Positions 39,619 through 48,644 of a stretch of DNA of 64,000 nt are shown piece after piece. The stretch covers positions 68,217 to 132,216 of the forward strand of contig JAMCXX010000002.1 in assembly GCA_023474425.1 (NCBI GenBank), written 5' to 3'. Positions within the stretch are counted from its first letter, which is position 1. Each line of letters begins with the position of its first letter. The position numbers and the translations under genes are program-made. A model generated the notes under the pieces. The model made no database searches, was not told the origin of the DNA, and was given only the letters and a program-made list of their open reading frames with translations. The stretch comes from Patescibacteria group bacterium. GTDB taxonomy: Bacteria > Patescibacteriota > WWE3 > JAMCXX01.

Positions 39619-40248
39619 TTATAAATTAAAAAGAAGCATTTGGCTCTCTCCGGCCGGCGCCTCGCTTTCTTTATAGCGCGGAATCTCCTCGCTTTTGGTT
39701 TTGTAAACCCGAACGATTTTTCTAAAATCCTCTTTAAGGTCGCGTAAAACCGACTCGGATCGCAGGGCAGCCGCCGGGTGGTAAAGCGGAATAACCACAT
39801 GCTCCCCCACGCGAAAAGCCTGCCCGTGAACCTCGGAAATTTTGGCTTCAGGCAAATACTCGGCCATGGCAAACCTTCCTAAAGTCACAATAACCTTGGG
39901 ATTAATGGCCCGAACCTGGTCGGCCAAAAATGGGCGGCAGGCACGAAGTTCGTCCACCATGGGGTCGCGGTTGTCCGGCGGACGGTGCTTAATTATGTTG
40001 CCAATCCAAACATCCTGTCTTTTAAGACCGATATTCCTTAAAAGAGTGTCCAAAAGATTTCCGGCACGGCCCACGAAAGGACGCCCTTGGACATCTTCGT
40101 TGTAACCCGGAGCTTCGCCCACAAAAACAATTTTGGCGTTCAAGCTTCCCTCGCCGGGAACGGCGTGGTTGGCCGTGCGATAAAGCCGGCACTTTTTGCA
40201 AGTTACCACCGCCTGTTCAATTTTTTTCAAAATTTCGTCTTTAGTCAT
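39619..40248 (-). CDS. Uracil-DNA glycosylase family 4
   Basis: CKKC, VGEAPG..ED.QGRPFVGRAG, RPPDNRDP, YHPAA. Confidence 0.95.
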   Translation of the reverse strand: MTKDEILKKIEQAVVTCKKCRLYRTANHAVPGEGSLNAKIVFVGEAPGYNEDVQGRPFVGRAGNLLDTLLRNIGLKRQDVWIGNIIKHRPPDNRDPMVDELRACRPFLADQVRAINPKVIVTLGRFAMAEYLPEAKISEVHGQAFRVGEHVVIPLYHPAAALRSESVLRDLKEDFRKIVRVYKTKSEEIPRYKESEAPAGESQMLLFNL

Positions 40249-40338
40249 AAACGTAGGTCCGGAGGCAGAATGCAAAAGGTCTAAAGTCGAATTCTCCCGT
40301 ACTTTTGACCTTACCGCCTTCCGACCTTCTGACCTGAT

Positions 40339-41397
40339 TTACCACGTCGGCAGAAATTCCTTAATGTTACCTTCATTTAAACTGAATTCGCGCCCTTTAC
40401 CCTCGACCACCATTCGGGCAATTTTGCGGCAGATGCCAAGAAGAGTGCGCTCAAGGGTGCGAATGCCGGCGTCAAAGCCCAGAGGCCTCACAATCTTGGG
40501 CCATAAACTTTCCTCAATTTTTACCTGTTCCTTTCTAAGACCGCTTGAGGAAAGCGCCTTGGGTAAGAGATAGTCGCGCCCGATAATAATTTTTTCCTCA
40601 TCGGTGTACGAAGGCATTTCTATAATTTCCAGACGGTCCAAAACGGCGTTGGCAATGCCGCGAGTGTTGTTGGCCGTGCAAATAAAAAGCACCTTTGAAA
40701 GGTCAAAGGGATAGTCAATAAAATAATCGGTAAATTCGCCGTTTTGTTCGGGGTCTAAAAGCTCCAATAAAGCTCCCATAATCACGCCGCGGGAAGAGTC
40801 GGCTACGCGATCAATTTCGTCTAAAAGAATCACCGGGTTGCGGCTTTTAACCCGCCGTAAATTCTTAATAACCTGCCCCGGTTCGCTTGAGGGCAAGTAG
40901 CGGGGCAGGCCGCGGATTTGCGAAACCTCGCCCAACCCACCAAAAGGAATACGCACAAAATTGCGCCCCAGGGCCTGGGCAATCGAGGCCGCCGCCGAGG
41001 TCTTGCCCAAACCCGGAAGCCCCGTGAAACAGAGGACGGCGGACTCACGGTTAACTTTTTCCGCCGTCAAATTAAGAACGGCCATATACTCAAGAATTCT
41101 TTCCTTAATTTTAGTCAGGGCGTAATGGTTGGTCTCAAGAATCTTTTTGGCGCGGGCTAAATCCAAGTTATCGCGGGACTCGGCCGCCCATGGCAGGTTT
41201 AAGACCCAGTCTACATAACGCTCTGTTGTCTCTAACTCCTGGGAATAGTTGGGCAGAGAAATGCCACGGGAGAGACTCTCGAGCATGGTTTGGATTCGCT
41301 CCTTTAGCTCCGGCGGCAAAACCGAGTTTTCTAATGCCTGCTCCAATTTTTTTAATTCCGGCAACGACTTCTGTTCACTGGTCATCGGCTCCTTCAA
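40339..41397 (-). CDS. Lon-type AAA+ module without N-domain or protease domain
   Basis: LPW, HY.L..IKERILEY, GLPGLGKT, NPVILLDEID, LLELLDPEQN..F.D.F, LDRLEII. Confidence 0.9.
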   Translation of the reverse strand: MKEPMTSEQKSLPELKKLEQALENSVLPPELKERIQTMLESLSRGISLPNYSQELETTERYVDWVLNLPWAAESRDNLDLARAKKILETNHYALTKIKERILEYMAVLNLTAEKVNRESAVLCFTGLPGLGKTSAAASIAQALGRNFVRIPFGGLGEVSQIRGLPRYLPSSEPGQVIKNLRRVKSRNPVILLDEIDRVADSSRGVIMGALLELLDPEQNGEFTDYFIDYPFDLSKVLFICTANNTRGIANAVLDRLEIIEMPSYTDEEKIIIGRDYLLPKALSSSGLRKEQVKIEESLWPKIVRPLGFDAGIRTLERTLLGICRKIARMVVEGKGREFSLNEGNIKEFLPTW

Positions 41398-42316
41398 TTA
41401 CGGTACTTCCAGATTTAATGGTGATTACAAAAGAAGTCCCGCGAAGACCATAAAACGAAGATTTAAGGGAATCACCAAAAAGAGCGGAAATTCCTTTAAC
41501 GGTCGACGGCAGGTTGCGGGCAAAAATAAAAACCTGGCCGGAGGCGGGCAGATGTTTTTTGGCTTCACTAAAGGGCGCCGTGGCGGAAAGAGAAAGGTTG
41601 GTTTTGGCGGCGGTTTGGCTTATTTCTTTTAAGTATTGAGACGAGTTGGAAATTATAAAATAAGGTCCGATTATGGCCGTCTCGAGATTTGTCTGACTGC
41701 CGATTTTATTTACCCTCTCCTTAATAAACTCCAGGTCTTTGCCCACGCCGATGAGCGCTGAAGCCGACGGCGAAGCCGAAAGGTCTTCAATCAAAGCAAA
41801 ATTCGGCTCAAAGAAGGAGGCGATTTCCGAAAGATTTAATCCGCTTAAAGATTGCAGACGGTCAACTTGAGCCTGACTTAAAAATTTTTCTAAAAAAACC
41901 CGTAAATTAGAGCTTTCCAGATAGAGGGAGGTTTGGGCCGGGGCCAGATCGGCCAAAGGGTACTTGCCGAAATCAAAGGGCGAGACAGGCAGGGCCGAAA
42001 CGGTGGAAACAAATTCATTACTCAACGGCGTAGGGCTTACCGGCTGTCTCGGGCGGCCAAAGTATCCGGTTAAAAAAAGAGAAACGCCTAAAGCCGAAAG
42101 CAAAATTATTGAGAGGGATAAATAAAAAATCATCCATCGAGACCGCGGGTGGGCCTGATTATGAACGGAGCCAACCGAAGACGAAGGTGCGCTCAATGGA
42201 GATTGGGGTTTTGAAGAATCGGGCATACGGTCCAATTCCTGTCCGCAGTTGTAACAAAAGATGGCCGATTCAGACTCGATAACCGACGAGCAACGGGGGC
42301 AAAGTCGGGAATTCAT
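41375..42316 (-). CDS. Zinc-ribbon single-TM hypothetical protein
   Basis: CPRC...FCYNCG N-terminus, TM segment. Confidence 0.75.
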   Translation of the reverse strand: MNSRLCPRCSSVIESESAIFCYNCGQELDRMPDSSKPQSPLSAPSSSVGSVHNQAHPRSRWMIFYLSLSIILLSALGVSLFLTGYFGRPRQPVSPTPLSNEFVSTVSALPVSPFDFGKYPLADLAPAQTSLYLESSNLRVFLEKFLSQAQVDRLQSLSGLNLSEIASFFEPNFALIEDLSASPSASALIGVGKDLEFIKERVNKIGSQTNLETAIIGPYFIISNSSQYLKEISQTAAKTNLSLSATAPFSEAKKHLPASGQVFIFARNLPSTVKGISALFGDSLKSSFYGLRGTSFVITIKSGSTVIEGADDQ

Positions 42317-42322
42317 AAAATT

Positions 42323-44506
42323 TTAGGGACGGCGATATGGCCTTCTTTCGTAGTAAGGCGTTCTAAAACCCGGCCCGGGGCCGCGGCGGCGGTCTGAATC
42401 GGAACCAAAAGCCTCGGCCGGATGTCCCGGTTCCAGAGCCTTTTTGGAAAGATTAATTCGACCCTGCTGGTCAATACCGATGACTTTAACTTTCACCATA
42501 TCGCCGATCTTGACCACATCCGTCACCTTATTAACGCGGTAATTGGCCAGTTCGCTAATATGAATTAAGCCATCGCGGCCGGGCAGAATTTCCACAAAAG
42601 CGCCGAAATCAAGAATCCTTGTAACCGGCCCTTCATAAATCTCGCCCACCTTGGCTTCTTTTACGAGGCTCTCGATAATTTCTTTAGCTTTCTGGGTTTT
42701 TTCCAATGAATTGGCGGAAATATAAACAGTGCCGTCATCCTCGATTTCTATGGCCGTGTCGGTAGATTCCATAATATTTTTAATAGTCTTGCCGCCGCTG
42801 CCAATAACCTCACCGATTTTCTTGGGGTCAATTTTGGTGACGGTAATCCGCGGGGCGAAACGTGAAAGCTCCAAACGGGGCGAACTAATAACCGATTCCA
42901 TAAGATCCAAAATATGGTGACGCACCGGCCGAGCGGAAAGAATTGCCTCACCTAGAATTTTTACGGGAATGCCGCCTTCCAGTTTAGCGTCCAGCTGAAC
43001 GGCCGTAATCCCGGTGCGGCTGCCGGCCGACTTAAAGTCCATATCCCCATTAAAATCTTCGATGCCGGCGATATCTGTGAGTAAAACGTATTTATCGGAA
43101 TCCGAAACAAGCCCCATTGAAATTCCCGAAACGGGCGCTTTTATGGGCACGCCGGCGTCCATTAGCGAAAGGGTTGAGCCGCAGACGGAAGCCATGGAGG
43201 TGGAGCCGTTCTGGGAAAGAATCTCTGAAACCACACGAACGGTGTATGGAAATTTATCGCTTTCGGGAATGACCGGCTTTAAGGCCCGCTCGGCCAAAGC
43301 TCCATGACCAATCTCCCGCCGACCGGCACTTCTAATCGCCCCCACCTCGCCGGTGGAAAAAGGCCGCGCGCTGTAGTGGTGCATATAACGCTTAACCTCT
43401 TCGCCTTCTGGACCCTGAATAAGCTGTTCTAAAGAGGTTGAACCGAGAGTCACCACCGAAAGAGCCTGGCTTAGACCGCGAGTAAAAAGAGCGCTGCCGT
43501 GAGTCCGCGGCAAGACTCCGACTTCGATAGAAATTGGGCGCAGCTCATCAAGCTTGCGGCCATCCGAACGCTGACCACTTTTTAGAATCATTTCTCGCAA
43601 AGCCGATTTTTCCAAAAGATGTAGCGCTTGAGAAAGCTTAACCTTGGTGGCTTTGCCCTCAAATTTCTCGTAAACCTTATCCAAGATTTCATCATATTTC
43701 ACCTGATAGTGCTCCTTTTCAAGGTGCATTTTAAGGAGCTCGGCAATTGATTCGTGGGAAAATTTTTTAACTTCGGAAAGCACCTCCGGGCTGATTTCGG
43801 ACGCAACATATTCCATTTTCTTGCGGCCAGCTTTGGCGGAAAAATCATTAATAAATGTAAGCAACGGTTGAATTTCTTTCTGGGCAAACTCCATGGCCTC
43901 TATAAACTTCTCTTCCAGGATTTCGTGGGCTCCGGCTTCCACCATAACGGCTCGGTCTCTTGAGCCCGTATAAACTAAATCCAGGTCCGAGGCTTCCATT
44001 TGCTCGCGGGTTGGGTTAACCAAAAATTGGTTGTTAATTAAACCTACCTGTATGGTTGCCAGGGGACCTTTCCAGGGAACGTCGGAAACGCTTAGCGCAG
44101 CGCTGGCGGCTAAGGCGCCCAAAATGGCCGGGTCGTTTTCGCGGTCAACGCTTAAAACGGTAATCACCAGCTGAACTTCGTTCTGCAGGTCTTTCGGAAA
44201 AAACGGACGAATGCCACGGTCAATAAGACGACCCGAGAGAATAGCCTCGTCGGAGGGCGTGGTTTCCCTTTTTATAAAACGGGAATTCTTTATAACCCCG
44301 CCGGCATAAAGTTTCTCCTCAAAGTCAACTCTTAAGGGTAGGCCGTCGGCTTCCTCTTTAATCTCGCCAGCAGTGGCCGTAGCTAAAACGACCGTTTCCC
44401 CGTAAGTGGCCAGGACGGCCCCGTTGGACTGAAAGGAGAGCTTGCCGGTTTCCAAGATTAACTTGCGGCCGGCGAATTCACACTCAACCCGATGATAATT
44501 AGACAT
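42323..44506 (-). CDS. pnp: Polynucleotide phosphorylase
   Basis: RLIDRGIRP, RTHGSALFTRG, RREIGHG, DFNGDMDFK, KH and S1 domains. Confidence 0.98.
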   Translation of the reverse strand: MSNYHRVECEFAGRKLILETGKLSFQSNGAVLATYGETVVLATATAGEIKEEADGLPLRVDFEEKLYAGGVIKNSRFIKRETTPSDEAILSGRLIDRGIRPFFPKDLQNEVQLVITVLSVDRENDPAILGALAASAALSVSDVPWKGPLATIQVGLINNQFLVNPTREQMEASDLDLVYTGSRDRAVMVEAGAHEILEEKFIEAMEFAQKEIQPLLTFINDFSAKAGRKKMEYVASEISPEVLSEVKKFSHESIAELLKMHLEKEHYQVKYDEILDKVYEKFEGKATKVKLSQALHLLEKSALREMILKSGQRSDGRKLDELRPISIEVGVLPRTHGSALFTRGLSQALSVVTLGSTSLEQLIQGPEGEEVKRYMHHYSARPFSTGEVGAIRSAGRREIGHGALAERALKPVIPESDKFPYTVRVVSEILSQNGSTSMASVCGSTLSLMDAGVPIKAPVSGISMGLVSDSDKYVLLTDIAGIEDFNGDMDFKSAGSRTGITAVQLDAKLEGGIPVKILGEAILSARPVRHHILDLMESVISSPRLELSRFAPRITVTKIDPKKIGEVIGSGGKTIKNIMESTDTAIEIEDDGTVYISANSLEKTQKAKEIIESLVKEAKVGEIYEGPVTRILDFGAFVEILPGRDGLIHISELANYRVNKVTDVVKIGDMVKVKVIGIDQQGRINLSKKALEPGHPAEAFGSDSDRRRGPGPGFRTPYYERRPYRRP

Positions 44507-44548
44507 AATTATTTAACTAATGGGGTTATTAAAATTAATTCCCAGTTT

Positions 44549-44818
44549 TTATTTCTCCAAACCCAATTTCCCAATCAAGGAGCGGTAGCGTTCCTCTCCA
44601 ACTTTTCTTAAGTATAGAAGAAGCTTGCGGCGCTTGTTGACCATTTGCAAAAGACCCCTTCGGCTGTGAAAATCTTTTTTGTGCTCCTTAAGATGGGCCG
44701 AAAGTTTATTAATCCTCTCGGTAAGCAAGGCCACTTGCACCTCCGGCGAACCGGTGTCTTCGGCGCTCTTTTTGAACTTTTCTATAATAGTCTTTTTGTC
44801 AATTTTTTCCAAGCTCAT
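44549..44818 (-). CDS. rpsO: 30S ribosomal protein S15
   Basis: [25 protein letters not shown]. Confidence 0.98.
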   Translation of the reverse strand: MSLEKIDKKTIIEKFKKSAEDTGSPEVQVALLTERINKLSAHLKEHKKDFHSRRGLLQMVNKRRKLLLYLRKVGEERYRSLIGKLGLEK

Positions 44819-44866
44819 ATTATTTATTCATTTTATCCTAAATAAGAAAAACCCGCCACCAAAACC

Positions 44867-45571
44867 CTAAAGAGAGGTCGGGCTTTTTTCCAAATCCGAA
44901 AGTATCGGAGAATCGTGACCAACGGGAGACGGCGCCTCGGCCGTAAGACCTTCTAAGAGGCAGCGGGAAACTTCTCTGGAAAGTTTGAGCTGCCAAAAGT
45001 TTATCATTTTAAAGAGGAGCTCGCAAACGGTACTTAATGAGGTGTCAACCAAATTAATGGAGGCGAAGAGTTCGTTTTCCAAACGGACATCGAAATTAAG
45101 TGAGGAGTTGCGGTAAATTTCGGAAAGGTCATAGTTAAAAAGGGGTGCCACCTCCGAAAGCTTCGGCAGGCCGAAGAAAATAAAAAGGTCGTAGTTGTAA
45201 CCCAAATATTCGTAAGAAACCCGCTCTGCTTCAAAGGAACGCGTTTGCGGATGAAGAATTAACCGAAAAGTCCGGCCCTCCAAAAGGTAAGAAACCTTCT
45301 CCAACTGAACGCCGTTGGTGTCCAAATTAATGGCAAATTTTTTAGGACCTAAATCGTGGGTAATTACGGAAGACTCTGGAAGCGGATAACAGGCCTCGGG
45401 CACCTTTTCGGGAACCACCGCCCGGATTTTCTTAAAACCTTTAAAGAGGTGGTAAAAGGCCAGCATGGCCGCCACCGAATCGACAGACGGCTCCCAACCG
45501 GTAATGAGAGCCAGGCTTTTGGCATCATTAATAACCCGCAGAGCCTGCTGTGGCTCGGCCTGAATCTGCAT
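44867..45571 (-). CDS. Degenerate DHH-family phosphoesterase-like protein
   Basis: PSVDSVAAMLA N-terminal motif, NFDVR where DHH is expected, STVCEL, CLLEGL; follows infB. Confidence 0.6.
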   Translation of the reverse strand: MQIQAEPQQALRVINDAKSLALITGWEPSVDSVAAMLAFYHLFKGFKKIRAVVPEKVPEACYPLPESSVITHDLGPKKFAINLDTNGVQLEKVSYLLEGRTFRLILHPQTRSFEAERVSYEYLGYNYDLFIFFGLPKLSEVAPLFNYDLSEIYRNSSLNFDVRLENELFASINLVDTSLSTVCELLFKMINFWQLKLSREVSRCLLEGLTAEAPSPVGHDSPILSDLEKSPTSL

Positions 45572-45576
45572 AATCT

Positions 45577-47028
45577 TTACAAAACAACAATTTCGTCTCC
45601 CTCGCGCAAGTCGGCCGAACTTAAATCGGCGGAGAGGAGTAAACCACACTCGGCCGGGGCCGCTGCTTTATCCGCCTTTTCCTTGCCGATTTTTAAATTC
45701 TTAATAGAACTTCGAAACAGCTCCTCCTCGCCGCGCTTCACCAAAATATTTTGGGAAATTTTAAAAGTGCCGTTCTTAATTTTACAGCCCAAAACCTTAT
45801 CGCCGGAAGGCAGTTCAAAAATTTTAAGAACTAAGGCGCTTGGCTTGGCCCGCTCTTTCTTCCAGGCTAAAAGTCCCGAAAGCCCTAACTGCAACTCCTC
45901 TAGAAGTTTATAAATAACCTCGTAGGTTCTGACTTCCAGCTCATACTGGTCGGCCAAATCGCGGGCTGAGCCCAAAATTCGAACCCGAAAGCCGACGGCC
46001 AGAGACTGGGTATCACGGGCCAGGTAGATATCCGAATCGTTAATATCGCCCACGGCCGCCCGAACTATTTCCAAGCGGCTCTCCAAGCTTCCCAAACGTC
46101 CAATACTCTCCCGAAGCGCCTCGAGACTGCCGAGACTGTCCGCTTTTAAAATAATCTTAAGAACGGTTTTGGCGGCAGGAATTTTTGAAACCGATGTAGA
46201 GTCTTCATCTGCCTTTTTCGCCATTCCGGCGTCGGCCAGAACCAAACTCACGGGCTCTCCCGGAACGGCGGCTTCTTTTAGGCCCATAACCCAGGCCGCT
46301 TCGCCGGCGCCAAAGGAATTTAAAATCTGCCCCCGATCGTCGGTTAAATTTTTAATCTTGCCGGAAGTCTGACCAACATAAATTATGTCGCCGAGATTTA
46401 GTTTACCCGAGCGCAAAAGAACTAGCGATAGCGGACCTTTATGACGGTCGAGCAGGGACTCCACCACAAATCCTTCCAAAGGTCCGCTTTGCGAGCCGGC
46501 AAAATCGGAAACGTCGGTAATAAGTAAAATTAAATCCAAAAGTTTTTTTAAACTCTCCTCGTTTTTTATGCTTGTTTCCACCACCGGCACTTCCCCGCCC
46601 CAGCCCTCGAGTTGAAGCCCGTTCTCAGCCAACTGCCGTTTGACCTTCTCGGGGTTGCTTTCGGGCAAATCGGTTTTGGTAATGACCGCAACTACGTAAG
46701 GCTTGGTTTCCCGGATGTGGGCCAAAGCTTCCTGGGTTTGGGGTTTAACACCTTCGGTGGCGGCCACCACTAAAAGCACAATGTCCGCCATTTTCCCGCC
46801 GCGCCGACGCATGGAAAGAAAAGCCTCATGCCCTGGCGTGTCCACAAAAGTGATTTTACGTCCCTTATAAATTAGGGCGTGGGCCGAGATGCTTTGGGTA
46901 ATACCTCCCTCCTCCTTCTGAGCCAAAGCCGTTTTGGCCAGGGCGTCCAAAAGAGAGGTTTTTCCGTGGTCCACGTGGCCCATGATAGTCACAATCGGCG
47001 GTCTTTTGGCTAACTTCTCGTTCGGCAT
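45577..47028 (-). CDS. infB: Translation initiation factor IF-2, minimal form
   Basis: [39 protein letters not shown]; no N-terminal domain. Confidence 0.96.
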   Translation of the reverse strand: MPNEKLAKRPPIVTIMGHVDHGKTSLLDALAKTALAQKEEGGITQSISAHALIYKGRKITFVDTPGHEAFLSMRRRGGKMADIVLLVVAATEGVKPQTQEALAHIRETKPYVVAVITKTDLPESNPEKVKRQLAENGLQLEGWGGEVPVVETSIKNEESLKKLLDLILLITDVSDFAGSQSGPLEGFVVESLLDRHKGPLSLVLLRSGKLNLGDIIYVGQTSGKIKNLTDDRGQILNSFGAGEAAWVMGLKEAAVPGEPVSLVLADAGMAKKADEDSTSVSKIPAAKTVLKIILKADSLGSLEALRESIGRLGSLESRLEIVRAAVGDINDSDIYLARDTQSLAVGFRVRILGSARDLADQYELEVRTYEVIYKLLEELQLGLSGLLAWKKERAKPSALVLKIFELPSGDKVLGCKIKNGTFKISQNILVKRGEEELFRSSIKNLKIGKEKADKAAAPAECGLLLSADLSSADLREGDEIVVL

Positions 47029-47102
47029 AATTTTAACTAACTTTTACCCAACAACCTAATTATAAAACTTTTATGAAGGGAGGATTTGGGGAAGGCAGGA
47101 AA

Positions 47103-48278
47103 TTAAACTTCTGACGGCGGAGTTTCCGGCGGCGTCGTGGAGGCGGCGGGCATTTCTTTCTGCGCATCCAATATCTCATTGAGTCCCTTAGGCCCCAAAC
47201 CTTTAACGCCTTTAAGCTCTGCTGCCGAAAGTCGGCCCACTTTTTCCAAGAGACCTTCCTTTTGCAAAAGGTTAGCTACTCGCTTGGAAAGGCCGTCTGT
47301 ATTTTCACTCTCCAACCCGTCCGACACGGCAGCATTGGCCTTCTGCCCCAAAGCCCGAATGTCAATCTTCCACCCCGTAAGTTTGGCGGCCAATCTCACG
47401 TTCTGCCCGTCCTTGCCGATGGCCAGACTCACCTGACCCTCGTCCACCGTCACCGTGGCTTCTTTTTTCTTCCTGTTAAGCTCAACCCGCACCGTCTTGG
47501 CCGGAGAAAGAGCGTTGGCAATAAATTTAGCCGTCTCGGGATCAAAGGGTATAATGTCAATTCTCTCGTCCTTAACTTCGGCGATGACCGCCTGTACTCG
47601 GACGCCTTTTTGCCCCACGCAACTGCCCACCGGATCAACCTTTTGGTCATTGGAAGAAACGGCAATTTTGGTACGGCTGCCGGCCTCCCTGGCAATCGAC
47701 TTAATTTCCACCACTCCCGAAGTAATTTCCGGAACTTCCAGGGAAAAGAGAGCTTCAATAAATTTAGGGTCGGAGCGGGAAAGGATTATCTCTGGACCTT
47801 TTTCGGTCTGCTTAATTTCCTTAATGAGCGCCCGAATTCTCTGATTCAGCCGGTAGACTTCGGTAGCAATCTGCTCCGATTCCGGCATAACTGCCTGGGC
47901 TCGGCCCAAATCCACGAAGCAGACGCCGTTGCTCACCCGAAAAACATGACCGGCCGTAACCGTGCCCAACTTCTTGGCGTATTCTTCGCCGATAGCCGTT
48001 TTTTCGGCCTCCCGCAATCTCTGAATTAAAACCTGTTTGGCCGTCTGGGAGGCGATGCGGCCGAAGCCGGGCGGGGTTACATCCTCGCCGTTTTTAAAAA
48101 CTCTGGCCTCGCCGCTCTCCTTATCCACCGCGGCCGTAATCTCTTCTAAACTGCCGCCAAAATCTTTGCGGTAAGCCGAAACTAAAGCCTGTTCGATGGT
48201 AGCCAAAACGGCCTCCACCGAAAGCCCTTTTTCCGAGCAAACTTGATTTAGTGCGGCGCTAAATTCAGACTGAACCAT
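47103..48278 (-). CDS. nusA: Transcription factor NusA
   Basis: FGRIASQTAKQV, AREAGSRTKIAV, DPVGSCVG, AIGKDGQNVRLA. Confidence 0.97.
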   Translation of the reverse strand: MVQSEFSAALNQVCSEKGLSVEAVLATIEQALVSAYRKDFGGSLEEITAAVDKESGEARVFKNGEDVTPPGFGRIASQTAKQVLIQRLREAEKTAIGEEYAKKLGTVTAGHVFRVSNGVCFVDLGRAQAVMPESEQIATEVYRLNQRIRALIKEIKQTEKGPEIILSRSDPKFIEALFSLEVPEITSGVVEIKSIAREAGSRTKIAVSSNDQKVDPVGSCVGQKGVRVQAVIAEVKDERIDIIPFDPETAKFIANALSPAKTVRVELNRKKKEATVTVDEGQVSLAIGKDGQNVRLAAKLTGWKIDIRALGQKANAAVSDGLESENTDGLSKRVANLLQKEGLLEKVGRLSAAELKGVKGLGPKGLNEILDAQKEMPAASTTPPETPPSEV

Positions 48279-48284
48279 AATCGC

Positions 48285-48383
48285 AGCCGCGCTCGGCGCG
48301 GCGAAGATTCCCCTAAAGCCTTGGGCGAAGGGGGAAAGAATGTAATCCCGTTACGATCCGCCTCCGCTGAAGCTACGGCGGAT
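48285..48383. repeat. Cluster of REP-like palindromes in the nusA leader
   Basis: GCCGCGC-TCG-GCGCGGC; TTCCCCTAAAGCCTTGGGCGAAGGGGGAA; ATCCGCCTCCGCTGAAGCTACGGCGGAT. Confidence 0.75.
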
Positions 48384-48424
48384 TGATGCTCGCTAAATTC
48401 ACACGATCTTATTAAGCGATCATC

Positions 48425-48490
48425 AAAAATAAAGGTGGATTTTACTCCACCCTGCAAAATCAATTTACCAAAAATTTCCCTTTCGGTCAA
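48425..48490 (-). promoter_or_regulatory. nusA promoter plus rimP-leader-like hairpin
   Basis: TTGACC-N17-TAAATT, then GGTGGA-GTAAAA-TCCACC-TTTATTTTT. Confidence 0.65.
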
Positions 48491-48644
48491 CTATATGTAT
48501 TGGCTAATTACTGCGCAAAGAGACGGAACCCGAGTCTTCTCACCGTCGTGTATCAATGATTTAAGTCGTTAAAGCAACTAGGCCTTAAACTTCCTGTCCT
48601 CATGACTAGCCAGGGCACGGCCTTTCGTCTACAATCAAAATTGT

